This document shows positions 30,728 to 39,726 of a stretch of DNA of 64,000 nucleotides, piece after piece. The DNA is taken from the IMG/VR virus record IMGVR_UViG_3300025133_000024; one strand, given 5' to 3'. A program made the position numbers and the translations under genes. Each line of letters opens with the position of its first letter. The first letter of the stretch is position 1. The notes under the pieces are model-generated. The model was not told the DNA's origin and searched no databases. It was given only the letters and a program-made list of their open reading frames with translations. The DNA comes from a virus.

Positions 30728-32332
30728 TTAATTAAATACTACATTAGCATCAATGCCGCTACCAGAATTATATAACTGAGAGACTTGATAAGATGATAGT
30801 TCAAAGTCCCAAATGCTCACTTCATCAACACTTCCACTTTTAAACGGACTATCACCATTTAAAGCACCAATTGATAATTGAGTTGAGCCAGTAACAATCG
30901 TGTTTGAAGCTAATGTGTCATATTCAGTTGTTGTTCCAATTACAGCACCATCTACATATAATGCTACGTCTGATGCAGAACCACTTCCATTATACGTTGC
31001 AACCAAGTGATGCCATGCATTGTTGTTTCTTGAACCAACTGAATCTCTTACTCCAATTCTTTGATTATCAGACCAATCATTAACTAAATGGAACACTAAA
31101 TCACCACCCTGTAAACCCATTCTCCAACCACGATAAGGTTCAGCAGATTCCATTTTGCTCACAATATATGATGTGTCTGAAGCTGCTGTCTTGAACCATG
31201 CACTAACCGAAAATGGAATATTATGTTCGAAGTTAACAATTTCGCTACCAGCCACAACATGACCATAAACAGTCGAGCCATCCATTGCCAAAGCTTTTGT
31301 TCCTGAAACAAATGTGTTGTCTTCGAAAGATGTAACTTCCATGTTTTGTGTTGTTCCTGGATGTGAACCCTGAACATCCGTGACTGTGGTGTCAATCCCA
31401 TCAGACATATCATAATATGCGACAAGATTTGATGGTGAAATCGTGGACGCTGGCTCTCCATTTCCACTATTGTATAGTGATGAAATTGAACCTGAGTCTA
31501 ATGGAGTGTCCCATAAAGCAACTTGTGTTATTTTTCCATTAAAAGGAGTTCCAGCATCAACACCCCTCGCTCCAATTTTCATTGTTCCCACTGAAGCCTT
31601 AGGGTTGACAGTTATGTTTTTCTCTCCATCGTGAGAACCATTTAAATATATTTTCCAAATAGAACCACTAGCAACTCCAATCACATGTTGCCAAGAAGAC
31701 TGAGGGATGTTAGTTCCACCAACCAAAGCTTGCGCTCCATCATCATCGTCCAAAGGTGTCCATTGTAACTTGTTGTCTCCTCGAATCCTCATGGACCAAC
31801 CACCATTATCAGTTGGATTTACATAATCAAATTTCTCCAACATCGAATGTTGCGTGTTTACAGCGTTTCTTTTTATCCACATAGAGATTGAAAAATTAGA
31901 ACCTGTAAATTCTAAATCATCATGCTCTGGAACATCCACATATTCATTCGAACCATCCATGTTCAGACTTTGATAGACACTGCCCCAAGGAATGTCTCTA
32001 GACCAATCTGAATAAACATTCATGACAATATTGCTTCCCGACAAACTTGTATCTGTCATTGTGTTTAAGGACTTTTCAACGTCATAATAAATAACAGGGT
32101 AAATTGGGTCTGGAGGTGGTGGAGCCGAAGCACTCTCAGCCAACGAACCACTAAAATATAATTCCAATTTATCACTTTGAGCAACAAGATATGGACGATA
32201 ATTTTTGTTTAAATGCATTGGAAAAGAAGAATATAAAAATAATGGAACACCAACACCATTCCAATCTGAAGAAACATCAACCGCATTTCTTAATGTAAAT
32301 TTATCGTCTTTTGAATTGTTTTGTTTTGCCAT
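30728..32332 (-). CDS. LamG/concanavalin A-like double-domain protein (probably virion)
   Basis: two FSISxW...WxHxxxxY...xYxDG...xDEVxIW domains. Confidence 0.9.
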   Translation of the reverse strand: MAKQNNSKDDKFTLRNAVDVSSDWNGVGVPLFLYSSFPMHLNKNYRPYLVAQSDKLELYFSGSLAESASAPPPPDPIYPVIYYDVEKSLNTMTDTSLSGSNIVMNVYSDWSRDIPWGSVYQSLNMDGSNEYVDVPEHDDLEFTGSNFSISMWIKRNAVNTQHSMLEKFDYVNPTDNGGWSMRIRGDNKLQWTPLDDDDGAQALVGGTNIPQSSWQHVIGVASGSIWKIYLNGSHDGEKNITVNPKASVGTMKIGARGVDAGTPFNGKITQVALWDTPLDSGSISSLYNSGNGEPASTISPSNLVAYYDMSDGIDTTVTDVQGSHPGTTQNMEVTSFEDNTFVSGTKALAMDGSTVYGHVVAGSEIVNFEHNIPFSVSAWFKTAASDTSYIVSKMESAEPYRGWRMGLQGGDLVFHLVNDWSDNQRIGVRDSVGSRNNNAWHHLVATYNGSGSASDVALYVDGAVIGTTTEYDTLASNTIVTGSTQLSIGALNGDSPFKSGSVDEVSIWDFELSSYQVSQLYNSGSGIDANVVFN

Positions 32333-32341
32333 ATCCGTATA

Positions 32342-32815
32342 TTATAACACCATTTTTGATTTTTGTTTAACTTTATTAACCCATTCTCGAAGAAGATTGT
32401 TTGTTCTTTTATACTCATCTTCCCAATCACGAAATGTCATGTTCCCTGATAAATACGCTTCTTTTTCCAATTTTCTCAAATGAGGGTCTTCCTGAGCATA
32501 TCCATCAAATGTCTCATGGTCCTCTTTAAAATGACCATCACAATTTTGCTTATGATGAATCAACTCATGTGCAAAAGAACGAAGCATGTCCTTAATATGA
32601 CGACCATCAGAAAATAAAATAATCAAGTTATTATCTGGTGAATAATAAGCCGTCCGACCCAAAGGGTTTTGATGGTTTGATATATCTGATTTGATATGAA
32701 GATGAACAGGTTTTGATAATTCAAGCTTATTTTTGGCAAAAGAAAAGAAATTATTTGCCAAACTTATCAAATCATCAAAGTTATTTTCTGTCTTATTCTT
32801 GATTGTCAATTTCAT
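32342..32815 (-). CDS. zinc metallopeptidase-like (HExxH)
   Basis: RSFAHELIHHKQ, EKEAY. Confidence 0.75.
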   Translation of the reverse strand: MKLTIKNKTENNFDDLISLANNFFSFAKNKLELSKPVHLHIKSDISNHQNPLGRTAYYSPDNNLIILFSDGRHIKDMLRSFAHELIHHKQNCDGHFKEDHETFDGYAQEDPHLRKLEKEAYLSGNMTFRDWEDEYKRTNNLLREWVNKVKQKSKMVL

Positions 32816-33138
32816 TAAAATATATCACCAAATTTCTTTTTAAATGTTCGTTTCTTCTTGCCTATGTCAACAGGCAAATCACAACCAATCAACCTACTTT
32901 TAATATAGTCAATATGCTGAGGAGATAGATTTTGCTCAACATAAACCCAAATTTCTTGTATACCCAACTCAGCATATTTACACATGTTATTTAATTCATA
33001 CACAATACTATCCAAAGACTTATCAATGTCCTCACCACGATTTATAGACATAATATCTTTTTTTATTTCTTGCTCCGAACCATGAACATCATAATGTCTG
33101 TTATATCCTCGTTGCTCTTTTATAATTCTAATTTTCAT
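32815..33138 (-). CDS. hypothetical protein
   Basis: MKIRIIKEQ N-terminus. Confidence 0.6.
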   Translation of the reverse strand: MKIRIIKEQRGYNRHYDVHGSEQEIKKDIMSINRGEDIDKSLDSIVYELNNMCKYAELGIQEIWVYVEQNLSPQHIDYIKSRLIGCDLPVDIGKKKRTFKKKFGDIF

Positions 33139-33139
33139 T

Positions 33140-33805
33140 TTATATCAATTGCTCCATAAACTTTGGATTGCCTTTGTTGCTTTTATATTGATTATTCGCG
33201 ACCATCACATAAACATAAGATTCCCCAGACTCAAAAGCACCTTTTACTCGGTGATTTCCATCTCGAACCTGAACAACCCACTCTCCACAATCACCCTCTT
33301 CATATTCTTCAACTTCTCTTAGTCTTTCATTCAATTTCATTTCAGCTTCTTTTTCATCTTCATCAGAATAATTATTCTCTATAAATTCCTTTCTGTCCCT
33401 TAAATATTCATCCAATTCATCATCACCAGTTGACCATTGACGATGACCCAAATCTTCCTCTGAAGATTGTTGAGCCTCCTTTATATCAGCAAGACCAATT
33501 TGTGACACCAAACCATAAGGTGCATAAAAATAAACTCTCTCTGGAGAATAATTTATCTTATCAACAACATTTTCAATTTTCTGAGGATAAAAAATATTTC
33601 CCCATATTGGATAATACTGCTCCTCCTTCACACGAATCATACGACCTTCCTGTCCAATCCAAATTACATTCCTTCCGTAATATAAATTGCCCCACTCCTT
33701 CTCTCTTTCTATCTCTTCTTTATCAATATCAGGAAAATCATAATCTTCATAACCCTCCATCATATTCATGATTTCTTCTTTAATGATGCTTTTTAATTTC
33801 ATCAT
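33140..33805 (-). CDS. ParB/Srx-like nuclease-domain protein
   Basis: VRDGNHRVKGA motif; MKLKSIIKEEI N-terminus. Confidence 0.55.
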   Translation of the reverse strand: MMKLKSIIKEEIMNMMEGYEDYDFPDIDKEEIEREKEWGNLYYGRNVIWIGQEGRMIRVKEEQYYPIWGNIFYPQKIENVVDKINYSPERVYFYAPYGLVSQIGLADIKEAQQSSEEDLGHRQWSTGDDELDEYLRDRKEFIENNYSDEDEKEAEMKLNERLREVEEYEEGDCGEWVVQVRDGNHRVKGAFESGESYVYVMVANNQYKSNKGNPKFMEQLI

Positions 33806-34746
33806 GTTGAATCTTCATCTCTTTTCGCTGGCTCCTGATTTCCCATGTTCAAATCATATGACATCTTTCTCAACTCATTCATCTCATCCAAATAACCCAT
33901 TCCCCTCAAAACCTTAAAAACCAAATTCTCCACACTCATCTCTCCACCATCTTCCAAACCAGCCCTGCGAAACCTCTTCAACTTCTGAAACAAATCATCC
34001 GTCTTCTTCTTCACCAAATCCCACTTGCCATCCTCAAACCAATCCGAAATCTTATCCATCTTTCCAACAATTGAACGAACCTTTTTCTCCACTTGCTTCT
34101 CATCAACCTGATATATCTTCTTCTTCGGCTTCACAACCCAATCATCATCCAATATTGAATAAACCCCCGTCGATGCATGAACCTCAGTCTTGTGCTGAAC
34201 ATAAATCTCAACCTCATGCTCATTCAAAAATATATCATGCTTCAAATTCCACTCACTCTTCTTCGCATTGAAATATTCCGCAACCAACTTAAAATTATCA
34301 TCAACATCATAATAATCAAGAATAATATGCAAATCAATGTCCGATAATGATGTCCAATTGTAATTCGCCAACGAACCCGTCAACACCACATCAAAAAACT
34401 CAACATCCAATCCCAAATCATTAATAAAATCTAACGCAATACCATATAACCTCTCCCTAACATCACCCAATAACCTATCATTCAACCAAAACTTATCATA
34501 CAACTCATCATTAATACTCAAATACTCCAAATCAACATACCTCGACTCACCCAAGGGCGGCGCACTTTTTGAACGCTCATACGATGGCAACGACAAACCA
34601 CTCTCACGATGCTTGTTACCACCCAAACCAATCAATTTCACCTTCCTTCCCTTGTGCTTCGCAATAACACCCCTCTGAAAAGGCTCAACCTCCTGCAATA
34701 TATCACCCGAACGAATCCTTAAACGCAACAATATAAACATCTCCAT
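33802..34746 (-). CDS. Pol-beta superfamily nucleotidyltransferase
   Basis: LTGSLANYNWTSLSDIDLH, EVEIYVQ. Confidence 0.85.
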   Translation of the reverse strand: MEMFILLRLRIRSGDILQEVEPFQRGVIAKHKGRKVKLIGLGGNKHRESGLSLPSYERSKSAPPLGESRYVDLEYLSINDELYDKFWLNDRLLGDVRERLYGIALDFINDLGLDVEFFDVVLTGSLANYNWTSLSDIDLHIILDYYDVDDNFKLVAEYFNAKKSEWNLKHDIFLNEHEVEIYVQHKTEVHASTGVYSILDDDWVVKPKKKIYQVDEKQVEKKVRSIVGKMDKISDWFEDGKWDLVKKKTDDLFQKLKRFRRAGLEDGGEMSVENLVFKVLRGMGYLDEMNELRKMSYDLNMGNQEPAKRDEDST

Positions 34747-34796
34747 CTGTCTTCTACTTCATAAATAGATTACACATAAAATAGAATATCCCCCCT

Positions 34797-34860
34797 CAGC
34801 AACACACCAAAGAGAGAGAACAAGAGGTTTTTAGATTTTTAACGACTGAAGGGTCATGGG
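34797..34860 (-). promoter_or_regulatory. repeated upstream motif (shared with 30283-30346)
   Basis: tctaaaaacctcttgttctctctctttggtgtgttgctg. Confidence 0.45.
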
Positions 34861-34907
34861 AAGGACTTGGAGGGGAATAGGAGGGACTGAGGAGGAAATA
34901 ATTTTAT

Positions 34908-35099
34908 TTATTTGGAATATGTGAGTCTTTTTGTGCTTGTTAAGAATAGAGGGCTTTGTTCTTTAAAAACAAAGATTTCTTTGGTTCTGGTGTATATTTC
35001 GATGCTTGTTCTGTTGTCAAGATAAAGAATACAAACACCAGAACCAAGAAATAATTCACCCTTTTTTACTTCTGATTCAACTTCTTTTGTCGTTAACAT
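34908..35099 (-). CDS. small KG[DE]L...LxY family protein
   Basis: KKGELF...LTYSK. Confidence 0.6.
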   Translation of the reverse strand: MLTTKEVESEVKKGELFLGSGVCILYLDNRTSIEIYTRTKEIFVFKEQSPLFLTSTKRLTYSK

Positions 35100-35104
35100 T
35101 TTTT

Positions 35105-35323
35105 TTATTGCTCCTTTGGATATACAAGTCGATGATGTTTATATGCTAGAATATCTGATAACTTTTTAATAATCTCCACTGTATTTGAATTTTTATAGAA
35201 AATAAATTTTGTTTTAGAATCAAGATATAAAACAATAATGTTTTTTTGAAAAGCATTTTTCGAGTTTTCATCTTTTAACCACATTTCACCTTTTTTTACT
35301 GTTGATACTCCTATCGAAAACAT
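35105..35323 (-). CDS. small KG[DE]L...LxY family protein
   Basis: KKGEMW...LVYPK. Confidence 0.6.
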   Translation of the reverse strand: MFSIGVSTVKKGEMWLKDENSKNAFQKNIIVLYLDSKTKFIFYKNSNTVEIIKKLSDILAYKHHRLVYPKEQ

Positions 35324-35565
35324 CTTGGACTCCCATCCTCGTATGTTAAAAGCTCTCTTTCGTACCCTTTCCTTTCCAAAAACAACCTCACCGGCAACTT
35401 AACATTTAATTTCCGAATACTTGAATGAACATTCCTTAATGTATTTTCCAAAATAATAAACATATCTTCGGTTAAATGCAAAACCATATAAGAATCGCCC
35501 CTTCTTATGTTCCTACTTAACCCGACATCACCACATTTAAATGTTTTATCCGTCATATTTTTCAT
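35311..35565 (-). CDS. small KG[DE]L...LxY family protein
   Basis: FKCGDV...LLTYED. Confidence 0.6.
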   Translation of the reverse strand: MKNMTDKTFKCGDVGLSRNIRRGDSYMVLHLTEDMFIILENTLRNVHSSIRKLNVKLPVRLFLERKGYERELLTYEDGSPRCFR

Positions 35566-35740
35566 AACTCAATTTATTGCCTCCATTAATAAAATCAAGA
35601 GCTTTCGACTCATTTTGGGAATGAATTCTACCAGAAACCAAAGAAATCCTTATATATTGACCTGGACGGAGATAAAGAAGCAAATTCTTATTATAATGTC
35701 TTATAAATCCTTTGTGAGACCTAACGAATTTTTTTAACAT
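35546..35740 (-). CDS. small KG[DE]L...LxY family protein
   Basis: HKGFI...LSYEK. Confidence 0.55.
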   Translation of the reverse strand: MLKKFVRSHKGFIRHYNKNLLLYLRPGQYIRISLVSGRIHSQNESKALDFINGGNKLSYEKYDG

Positions 35741-36290
35741 ATTCCACTCCTTTTAAAACCCATTTCAAAGGACATACAATAGCAAACCATTCCAATCCCT
35801 TGTGAAGAACCCTATCCGTCAATGAATACCCTTTATTATGCATCATCAATGCCAAAATACAATAATTAATGCCATCCATTAACGTATCCTCAATCTTCTC
35901 ACCCACAACTGATAACTTTTCATTCTTTTCAACCAATGTCTCCATTCTCTTCAATTTGTCATATAAACGAACCATAATTCCTGGAATGCCCATGGCAACA
36001 AACGAATCACCATAATCATTGTTCTTTTTCTCAAACAAATCTTGCAACTCATCCAAAACCTGCCCCACAGACATACCAGAACGAATCACCAAATCCTGCA
36101 TCTGCGATTCAAATAAAGTTGATAAAACCTCGAAGACTTCATTGGGTTTTGTTCCAACCCATGTCTTGTTATACAACCTCGTGCATGTCTCCAATAACTC
36201 AACCCTACCATTAACAAGAACATGACGGCTTCTGTTTCTTCTCAACTCGTCTTTCAATTGTTTCGACACTTCTTTATACTTTTTAATCAT
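35721..36290 (-). CDS. DUF1599 / nucleotide-modification-associated domain protein
   Basis: FEKKNNDYGDSF, VRLYDKLKRM, IEDTLMDGINY. Confidence 0.8.
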   Translation of the reverse strand: MIKKYKEVSKQLKDELRRNRSRHVLVNGRVELLETCTRLYNKTWVGTKPNEVFEVLSTLFESQMQDLVIRSGMSVGQVLDELQDLFEKKNNDYGDSFVAMGIPGIMVRLYDKLKRMETLVEKNEKLSVVGEKIEDTLMDGINYCILALMMHNKGYSLTDRVLHKGLEWFAIVCPLKWVLKGVEYVKKIR

Positions 36291-36522
36291 CTTTTTTATA
36301 CTCCAATATAATACAATGAGAATCAATTATCTCTTGTTTGTTCCGAAATAATAGTTCTACTATCATCACCTGTTTATCGTATATTGTTAATGTACTTTGA
36401 CGTTGGTAACTTCCCATTGCATTTTTATTTTTGTTATTTAAAATTATTCTACAATATTTATATCTATTATGAGAATGCTTCCCTTCATCATACAATATCA
36501 TGTCTCCCTTAGAAAGTTTCAT
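36283..36522 (-). CDS. small KG[DE]L...LxY family protein
   Basis: SKGDMILY...LEYKK. Confidence 0.6.
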   Translation of the reverse strand: MKLSKGDMILYDEGKHSHNRYKYCRIILNNKNKNAMGSYQRQSTLTIYDKQVMIVELLFRNKQEIIDSHCIILEYKKDD

Positions 36523-36713
36523 TTTTTATCTCCATAAAATAAACATGCCTCTTTCATGTCTCTCGGCACTGCCAATGTTCTGCCTTGAACCCCTATCCTT
36601 CTTTTTATATGAACATCAATATACAAATAAGAGTCTCCCATAGACAAAGCAATAAAATTAGAAATTGGAGAACAATATAAGTTGCCATATCCCAAACGAA
36701 ACATTTTATTCAT
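36519..36713 (-). CDS. small KG[DE]L...LxY family protein
   Basis: YGNLY...LFYGDKK. Confidence 0.55.
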   Translation of the reverse strand: MNKMFRLGYGNLYCSPISNFIALSMGDSYLYIDVHIKRRIGVQGRTLAVPRDMKEACLFYGDKK

Positions 36714-36864
36714 ATCTTAAAAGTCCCTTACTTGACCAATACGCGCCTCTTTTTATTTTTACTGGATGACCCAGAGAATGATATATAATCAATTCATAAC
36801 CACCATCCAAAAATAAAATTGTTAAAATCTTTGCTGGACACATACGAACAGTTCCTTTTTTCAT
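36706..36864 (-). pseudogene. frameshifted small-family member
   Basis: MKKGTVRM... in one frame, GLLRYE* in +1 frame. Confidence 0.5.
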
Positions 36865-36874
36865 AATCTTTTTT

Positions 36875-37075
36875 TTAATCATATTTTAGAATATCTCCAC
36901 TAATTTCTCTATAATATAAATCCCAACGACACTTCTGGATATATGATGCATTATGAGAAATATAAAGAATTTTGTTATTCTCTAATTTTAATTCTATAAA
37001 GTTATGAAATAGAGAATAATATAACGAGCCTTTTTTAATTTTGCCTTTACTTCTTTTATAAACTTTGTCTTTCAT
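36875..37075 (-). CDS. small KG[DE]L...LxY family protein
   Basis: KKGSLY...ILKYD. Confidence 0.6.
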   Translation of the reverse strand: MKDKVYKRSKGKIKKGSLYYSLFHNFIELKLENNKILYISHNASYIQKCRWDLYYREISGDILKYD

Positions 37076-37533
37076 CCTGCTGACTCCAATCCATCCGACC
37101 AATCTCTGTTGCAAAACCATTCAAAATAAGTTCCAATATACCTGGACATTTGTTTTTTATAATTATTAATGTTTGCTGAGGATAGATTTAATCTCTTTGA
37201 TAACCTCCATCCACGCTCCCATGCATCAAACTCTTCCCTAATCACCTCCATCCGATAAACATATGAACGCTCCTTTCTATAATCCTCCAATGCCTCAACC
37301 TGCTTGTGATAAACAAAATTACCCTTCTTCATAGAATTCTTGTCAATCAAATAATGACCGCACTCATGCAATAACTCATATAATTGGTTTTCAAAAGAAT
37401 ATGATGTGTTATATTTTATATAACCATGATGAGGATTATACTCACCCTCAGTCTTCTTGTCAGAATATAAATCAATTCCCTTTTTACCAATCCAACACTT
37501 CAAAACCTCAATGTCATTTTTGAAATTACTCAT
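37072..37533 (-). CDS. HExxH metallopeptidase-like (ImmA/IrrE-like)
   Basis: LLHECGHY, EEFDAWERG. Confidence 0.7.
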   Translation of the reverse strand: MSNFKNDIEVLKCWIGKKGIDLYSDKKTEGEYNPHHGYIKYNTSYSFENQLYELLHECGHYLIDKNSMKKGNFVYHKQVEALEDYRKERSYVYRMEVIREEFDAWERGWRLSKRLNLSSANINNYKKQMSRYIGTYFEWFCNRDWSDGLESAG

Positions 37534-37741
37534 ATGATAACACCAAAATATTACATCCCTCAAAAGATTCTTTATCATTTCGAAAATAATACAAATGCAA
37601 ATCCTCAACTCGAAGAATATTAAGCCCACTAGCATAAACAAACACAGAAGAAGCATTATCAGTTAAAAATAAATCAAGATAATCATCTGATTTGAAAATA
37701 ACCAAATCTCCCTTCTTAAAATCATTTTTATTATTGCTCAT
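37526..37741 (-). CDS. small KG[DE]L...LxY family protein
   Basis: KKGDLV...VLSYE. Confidence 0.65.
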   Translation of the reverse strand: MSNNKNDFKKGDLVIFKSDDYLDLFLTDNASSVFVYASGLNILRVEDLHLYYFRNDKESFEGCNILVLSYE

Positions 37742-37928
37742 CTTTATCTCCATATGTCAAAACTTTTGGGTCATCCTCATCAACCCATGTTCTCTTAACA
37801 GAATCGAATACATAAACACATTTACTTGATATTTTTACAAAAGATGTTTCGCTTAATAATAAAGATATAACGTGCCTAGAACCACCAACCAAATAAACAT
37901 CACCCTTCTTCAAAATCTGATATTTCAT
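37731..37928 (-). CDS. small KG[DE]L...LxY family protein
   Basis: KKGDVY...VLTYGDKDEQ. Confidence 0.65.
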   Translation of the reverse strand: MKYQILKKGDVYLVGGSRHVISLLLSETSFVKISSKCVYVFDSVKRTWVDEDDPKVLTYGDKDEQ

Positions 37929-38128
37929 GTCTCACCTTCATATGTTAAAATTTCATAATCATTTTCAATCAAAACCCACTTTTTACGGTTTTCATAGAAT
38001 AATGCCTTTTCCAAAATAACATGACCGGGACCTTGAAAAGAAAGCATAAACTTTTCCGAAATTATCAAATCAAATTTTACAAATCCATTCAAAATACAAA
38101 GGTCTCCTTTAGTCCACTCAGTTTTCAT
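37925..38128 (-). CDS. small KG[DE]L...LxY family protein
   Basis: TKGDLC...ILTYEG. Confidence 0.65.
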   Translation of the reverse strand: MKTEWTKGDLCILNGFVKFDLIISEKFMLSFQGPGHVILEKALFYENRKKWVLIENDYEILTYEGET

Positions 38129-38288
38129 GAGATAATTGTCCCACAGGAATGTTATTGATTTTTATTTCAAATCCTTTTGTAAAATCCATAATATCAACCA
38201 ACCAATCCCTTTCTGATGGACCCAATATTAACGAAAATATAAAAATAGAATCAATGTCATGAAAAATTAACTCTCCCTTCCTATTCAT
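38118..38288 (-). CDS. small KG[DE]L...LxY family protein
   Basis: RKGELI...LSHEN. Confidence 0.55.
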   Translation of the reverse strand: MNRKGELIFHDIDSIFIFSLILGPSERDWLVDIMDFTKGFEIKINNIPVGQLSHEN

Positions 38289-38490
38289 CAACTTTATCTC
38301 CATATTTTAAAAGTTCACATTCTGTATCTCTATAATAACTCTTTAAATATTCATCTCTCTTCCATGAATAAAAACCAATACAAGACTTCACTAAATTAAT
38401 CTCTAATGACATCCCATTATCAGACAAACAAAGGTCAATAATTCCTTCATACGCAATACAAACATCTCCCTTTCTTAAAAACTTTCTCAT
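38281..38490 (-). CDS. small KG[DE]L...LxY family protein
   Basis: RKGDVC...LLKYGD. Confidence 0.65.
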   Translation of the reverse strand: MRKFLRKGDVCIAYEGIIDLCLSDNGMSLEINLVKSCIGFYSWKRDEYLKSYYRDTECELLKYGDKVDE

Positions 38491-38602
38491 CCACTTTCAT
38501 ACCTCAAAAATTTATAAAACCTTTCTTTTTATACAAATAAAGAAACATCCCACACAATATATCCGATACACACACCATCGAACCCTTTCCTTCAGCTTTC
38601 AT
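38487..38602 (-). pseudogene. shortened, frameshifted duplicate of 38592-38792
   Basis: MKAEGKGSMV...; FLRYESG* in -1 frame. Confidence 0.45.
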
Positions 38603-38804
38603 ATCTTAAAATCCCACTCTCATCTACCCAAGGCCAGTTCTTCGGTTGTCGTTTTGATATTTTTGTATAAACAACCTTATTATCTTCAATCTTTAAATAA
38701 AATGTCATATTGGAATGCTCACTCGTTTCACCCAATATAAGGTTAACAAAAACGTTGTTCAAAACCATCGAACCCTTTCCTTCAACTTTCATATCTTAAA
38801 ATCC
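38574..38804. repeat. 41-bp direct repeat (38574-38614, 38764-38804) spanning stop/start junctions
   Basis: 40/41 identical. Confidence 0.85.
38592..38792 (-). CDS. small KG[DE]L...LxY family protein
   Basis: GKGSMV...ILRYES. Confidence 0.6.
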   Translation of the reverse strand: MKVEGKGSMVLNNVFVNLILGETSEHSNMTFYLKIEDNKVVYTKISKRQPKNWPWVDESGILRYES

Positions 38805-38813
38805 TTTTCTCGC

Positions 38814-39023
38814 TATATTTTTGTCCTTTTCAAAACCTTGGAAAAATTTTGCTGTTATATTTTTGTCCTTTTCAAAACCTTGGAAAAATTTTGCTGTTAT
38901 ATTTTTGTCCTTTTCAAAACCTTGGAAAAATTTTGCTGTTATATTTTTGTCCTTTTCAAAACCTTGGAAAAATTTTGCTGTTATATTTTTGTCCTTTTCA
39001 AAACCTTGGAAAAATTTTGCTGT
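38814..39023. repeat. 5 x 42-bp perfect tandem repeat (iteron-like)
   Basis: unit tatatttttgtccttttcaaaaccttggaaaaattttgctgt. Confidence 0.95.
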
Positions 39024-39113
39024 GTGTTATTTGTGGGTCTGGCCCCCGCCACCCCCTAAAAGCCCAACCAAAGACTCATATTCCGGCCTATGCCACATAG
39101 GGGGAGGGGGGGG

Positions 39114-39147
39114 TGGCACGTTCCTTGCTTTGCCAAGGAACGTGCCA
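39114..39147. repeat. perfect 14-bp-stem hairpin
   Basis: tggcacgttccttg-ctttgc-caaggaacgtgcca. Confidence 0.85.
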
Positions 39148-39152
39148 AGTTT

Positions 39153-39239
39153 TTAATAGCCAAACATCTCGCAGAAGAAAATTTTTCCAAGCGCGATTGC
39201 AAGGCCCGTGCCAAACATTACCAAGCCAAACGTAAACAT
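39153..39239 (-). CDS. 28-aa hydrophobic peptide
   Basis: MFTFGLVMFGTGLAIALGKIFFCEMFGY; leader/SD near-identical to that of 41988-42209. Confidence 0.45.
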   Translation of the reverse strand: MFTFGLVMFGTGLAIALGKIFFCEMFGY

Positions 39240-39282
39240 GTGTCACCTATTCAGAGGGGAGGCATCATTGCCTCATGTTTAT

Positions 39283-39311
39283 AATATGGGGATGAGTGAC
39301 AGAAAAGTCAA
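39283..39311 (-). promoter_or_regulatory. sigma70-type promoter
   Basis: TTGACT-17-CATATT + GAGGC/GCCTC leader hairpin. Confidence 0.65.
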
Positions 39312-39366
39312 GAGGCAGGGGGAAGAAAGTCAAGAAAACTTTCTGTGATGTTTGGCACGGCTTGTG

Positions 39367-39624
39367 CTAGATACAGCACATTCCCAGCAGGAACATGGCA
39401 TAGCCAAAGCCAGAGGTGAGAGTCACCGCACAAGCACAAGCCGCCAGACCTTCCTTGTGGCGAGCGAGCTTATGGGCAAGGAAGGTGAACGCGCCCACAA
39501 CATAGTACGCACAGCCAAAGAGAGCAACAGGAGCAACGGGGATAAGGGAGCCGGGACAAAGAGTGTTAGAGGTCAGGATAGTCAAGCAGAGAATAAGAGT
39601 CAAAATGGTGTGCCGAGCTTTCAT
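39367..39624 (-). CDS. small hydrophobic membrane protein
   Basis: AGGAG SD; mostly hydrophobic. Confidence 0.55.
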   Translation of the reverse strand: MKARHTILTLILCLTILTSNTLCPGSLIPVAPVALFGCAYYVVGAFTFLAHKLARHKEGLAACACAVTLTSGFGYAMFLLGMCCI

Positions 39625-39693
39625 GTTTTTTTCTCCTTATAGGGTATAGGGGGTCACTCAACCTATAACAAAGCAGAGCATTTACCTTAGTCC

Positions 39694-39717
39694 AACAACA
39701 AAGCCCCGCTAGGGGGC
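39694..39717 (-). terminator. putative intrinsic terminator (duplicated near 40078-40092)
   Basis: GCCCC-CTAGC-GGGGC then TTTGTTGTT. Confidence 0.5.
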
Positions 39718-39726
39718 TAGCTAGGG

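Noticed and set aside
38814-39023. CRISPR array
   Set aside because: Units are identical and contiguous with no unique spacers; no cas operon seen
38715-39156. Plus-strand ORFs through the 42-bp repeat
   Set aside because: Open in several frames only because the repeat unit lacks stops; no SD; low complexity
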